Below, piece by piece: positions 62,350 through 64,000 of a DNA stretch of 64,000 nt; position 1 is the first letter of the stretch; each line of letters opens with the position of its first letter. The stretch lies in the IMG/VR virus record IMGVR_UViG_3300009537_000005; one strand, given 5' to 3'. A program made the translations under genes and the position numbers. The notes beneath the pieces were generated by a model, which had not been told where the DNA came from, made no database searches, and worked only from the letters and a program-made list of their open reading frames with translations. The DNA is from a virus.

Positions 62350-62384
62350 TTGACTCGCACGTCGTAAACGTGGTAAACTAGATT
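62350..62384 (+). promoter_or_regulatory. promoter/operator repeat copy 4
   Basis: TTGACTcgCACGTcgtaaACGTGgTAAACTagatt; additional TTGACT at 62341. Confidence 0.55.
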
Positions 62385-62398
62385 ATGGAGACAACAAA

Positions 62399-62584
62399 AT
62401 GGAACACTTAGAATTACAAATTACATTCGTTGCCAAATGTGAAAAAGACATGGAACATTTACGGGAAATTTTATACGAGCTAAAATGGTTTATAGTGGGC
62501 TGTAACATTGACGACGAAAATGAAGGTATTAAGTTTTTGGGGTTTACTGAAAACGAATGGTATGCAGATAGTCCGTTCGAATAA
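62399..62584 (+). CDS. hypothetical small protein
   Basis: ORF track. Confidence 0.35.
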   Translation: MEHLELQITFVAKCEKDMEHLREILYELKWFIVGCNIDDENEGIKFLGFTENEWYADSPFE

Positions 62585-62595
62585 CCCCAACAAAT

Positions 62596-62668
62596 GTCCT
62601 CTTAGTCTAGAGGTCTAGGACACCGACTTCTCAGGTCGGGAACGTAGGTTCGAATCCTACAGAGGACA
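62596..62668 (+). tRNA. tRNA-Glu (CTC), isolated copy
   Basis: GTCCTCT-TA-GTCTAGAGGTCTAGGAC D-arm closely resembles bacterial tRNA-Glu; anticodon arm CCGAC-TTCTCAG-GTCGG; T-arm GTAGG-TTCGAAT-CCTAC. Confidence 0.65.
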
Positions 62669-62783
62669 CCTAGCCGTCCCGTCGGCCAGTGGCCCTACGC
62701 TGGCAGAAGTAGGCAGAAGCTAAATACCCAGTCAACCACGGGAGAAGACTGGTTTCTTCTCACTACGTCTGAAAGGAAAGAAC

Positions 62784-63857
62784 ATGAAGCTCAAGAAACA
62801 CGAAATAGTCGAATGCAAATCAAACACTGACGTAACAACACTATCACAAGTAGGAAGAGACGAAATTAGGAGGTTCTTGGGTATTGCTACCACCGGACGT
62901 TTTTGTTTTGGTAGGTGTTGTCCCATGCCGTTTAGTTGGTCTATAGAACAAAATGCAGACGACATACAACAAGGGTACCGAGGAAAGCTAACAACTAGAA
63001 TCTCTGCCTACGTATTTAAAACCACCGGTATGTCTTTATCTCCCCCGGAAAAACAACACATCGGTAACATTATCTATCAACATACAATACAGCCAGAAAA
63101 CTACCTGTTGAAAATGGACGACAACATCATAGGAATGGAAGAAGACAGGTTTGGGGACGGAGGGTCATGTTTCTATGGTGACAACGAGGGAGCGAGAGAA
63201 TTAATGCAAGATAATGGATTCCTCGTGGCGAAAATATACACAGAAGATGGGCATCCCAAAGCACGGGCATGGGCATACGAGCTCGCAAATCACGGTCTTA
63301 TACTGTTCAATGGGTACGGATTTGATGGCAAGTCTACGATTGAACACGCCAAAATAATATCATCCGTACTAGACGAACCGTATTCAAATGTAGAACTATG
63401 GAATTATGGTCAACGCTCTGGCCTTTTGTACCTAAATAACGGATCGGGTTATTTAGTAGGAGAATCAGACCTAACAGAATTCGACTTTCGCATAGACGAG
63501 GAGCCATATCAAAGAGGAGAAAGGTGTTATAGCTGCGGCGAGAGGGGCGCTTCATATTGGCATTGGGTAGATTATGAACAATACTGTGACCCGTGCTACG
63601 AAGACAACTTCTATGAGTGTAGCCAATGTGATGAGCCTGTTTCTATAGAATATGCCGAAAGGATCAACAATGGTGCATACCACCTTGAGTGCGCCTATGA
63701 TAAAGGATACACAAGATGTGAAAGTTGTGATGACTGGGCTTATAGACCAAGCGGACGGTATGATGATGATGGATACGAGATTCCCGTGTGTAATAGTTGT
63801 TCTCCTGATTTTAACACCTTAGAAGACTTGGAAGAGAAAGGAATACAACCCAGATGA
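62784..63857 (+). CDS. hypothetical 357-aa Cys-rich protein (multiple CxxC zinc-ribbon motifs)
   Basis: ORF track; SD GAAAGGAAAG; CYSCGERG, CDPC, CSQCDEP, CESCDDW, CNSC. Confidence 0.45.
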   Translation: MKLKKHEIVECKSNTDVTTLSQVGRDEIRRFLGIATTGRFCFGRCCPMPFSWSIEQNADDIQQGYRGKLTTRISAYVFKTTGMSLSPPEKQHIGNIIYQHTIQPENYLLKMDDNIIGMEEDRFGDGGSCFYGDNEGARELMQDNGFLVAKIYTEDGHPKARAWAYELANHGLILFNGYGFDGKSTIEHAKIISSVLDEPYSNVELWNYGQRSGLLYLNNGSGYLVGESDLTEFDFRIDEEPYQRGERCYSCGERGASYWHWVDYEQYCDPCYEDNFYECSQCDEPVSIEYAERINNGAYHLECAYDKGYTRCESCDDWAYRPSGRYDDDGYEIPVCNSCSPDFNTLEDLEEKGIQPR

Positions 63858-64000
63858 ACATAAAACAGCTTCAGCACAGATGTCACCAAAAAATTAAAGA
63901 CTTCCATGATTTAGGCGAAGTGAATCACCCCGTGGGAGGAGAATACATCTACATAGACAGAGGCACGAACATTTTGGGAGTCGCTCATTTGGACACATGG

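Overview
This window is a segment of a large tailed dsDNA phage genome (about 50% GC, no host-like housekeeping genes), with four parts. (1) 1-4350, + strand: a cassette of small early genes including two HNH endonucleases and a metallophosphoesterase. It contains a thrice-repeated 27-nt stop/start translational-coupling element. (2) 4366-9130: a promoter-driven array of about 28 tRNA genes. Interleaved with the tRNAs are four ncRNAs that have the hallmark architecture of Y RNAs: a terminal helix of the form NNNC-[bulged C]-GA / UU-GNNN, followed by a 5' segment resembling metazoan Y RNA and preceded on the 3' side by a pyrimidine tract. The array is immediately followed at 9183-10826 by a clear Ro60/Rsr orthologue (TROVE plus vWA-MIDAS domains). 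One Y RNA carries a tRNA-like domain in permuted order: T-arm, then an acceptor hairpin closed over CCA, then D-arm, which is the YrlA-type arrangement. I read this as a phage-encoded Ro60-Y RNA ribonucleoprotein system embedded in, and probably co-processed with, a tRNA array. It is the most interesting feature of the window. (3) 10.9-23 kb, + strand: a replication/recombination module with Dam-like MTase, DnaG-like primase, RecA-fold helicase, family-A DNA polymerase, family-4 UDG-like protein, RecA-like recombinase, Cas4-like PD-(D/E)XK nuclease, DnaQ-like exonuclease and SPFH protein. (4) 23-59 kb, minus strand: lysis genes (GH25 endolysin), tail fibres and tail, capsid and scaffold, a 2270-aa giant protein, a LysM protein, portal and large terminase. 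This block also holds a five-gene nonulosonic-acid (sialic-acid-like) sugar biosynthesis cluster: NeuB-like synthase, cytidylyltransferase, SDR, transketolase-like enzyme and a methyltransferase. It is followed by a 400-bp G-tract-rich noncoding island. The right end (60.2-64 kb, + strand) holds small genes, each behind a repeated TTGACT-N18-TAAACT promoter that contains a CACGT-N5-ACGTG palindrome, plus an isolated tRNA-Glu. A second conserved promoter family (TTGACAAA-N-GGTCCCAAAATATA) occurs six times, including one divergent pair. All tRNA calls and anticodons are from manual folding, so coordinates may be off by 1-2 nt.
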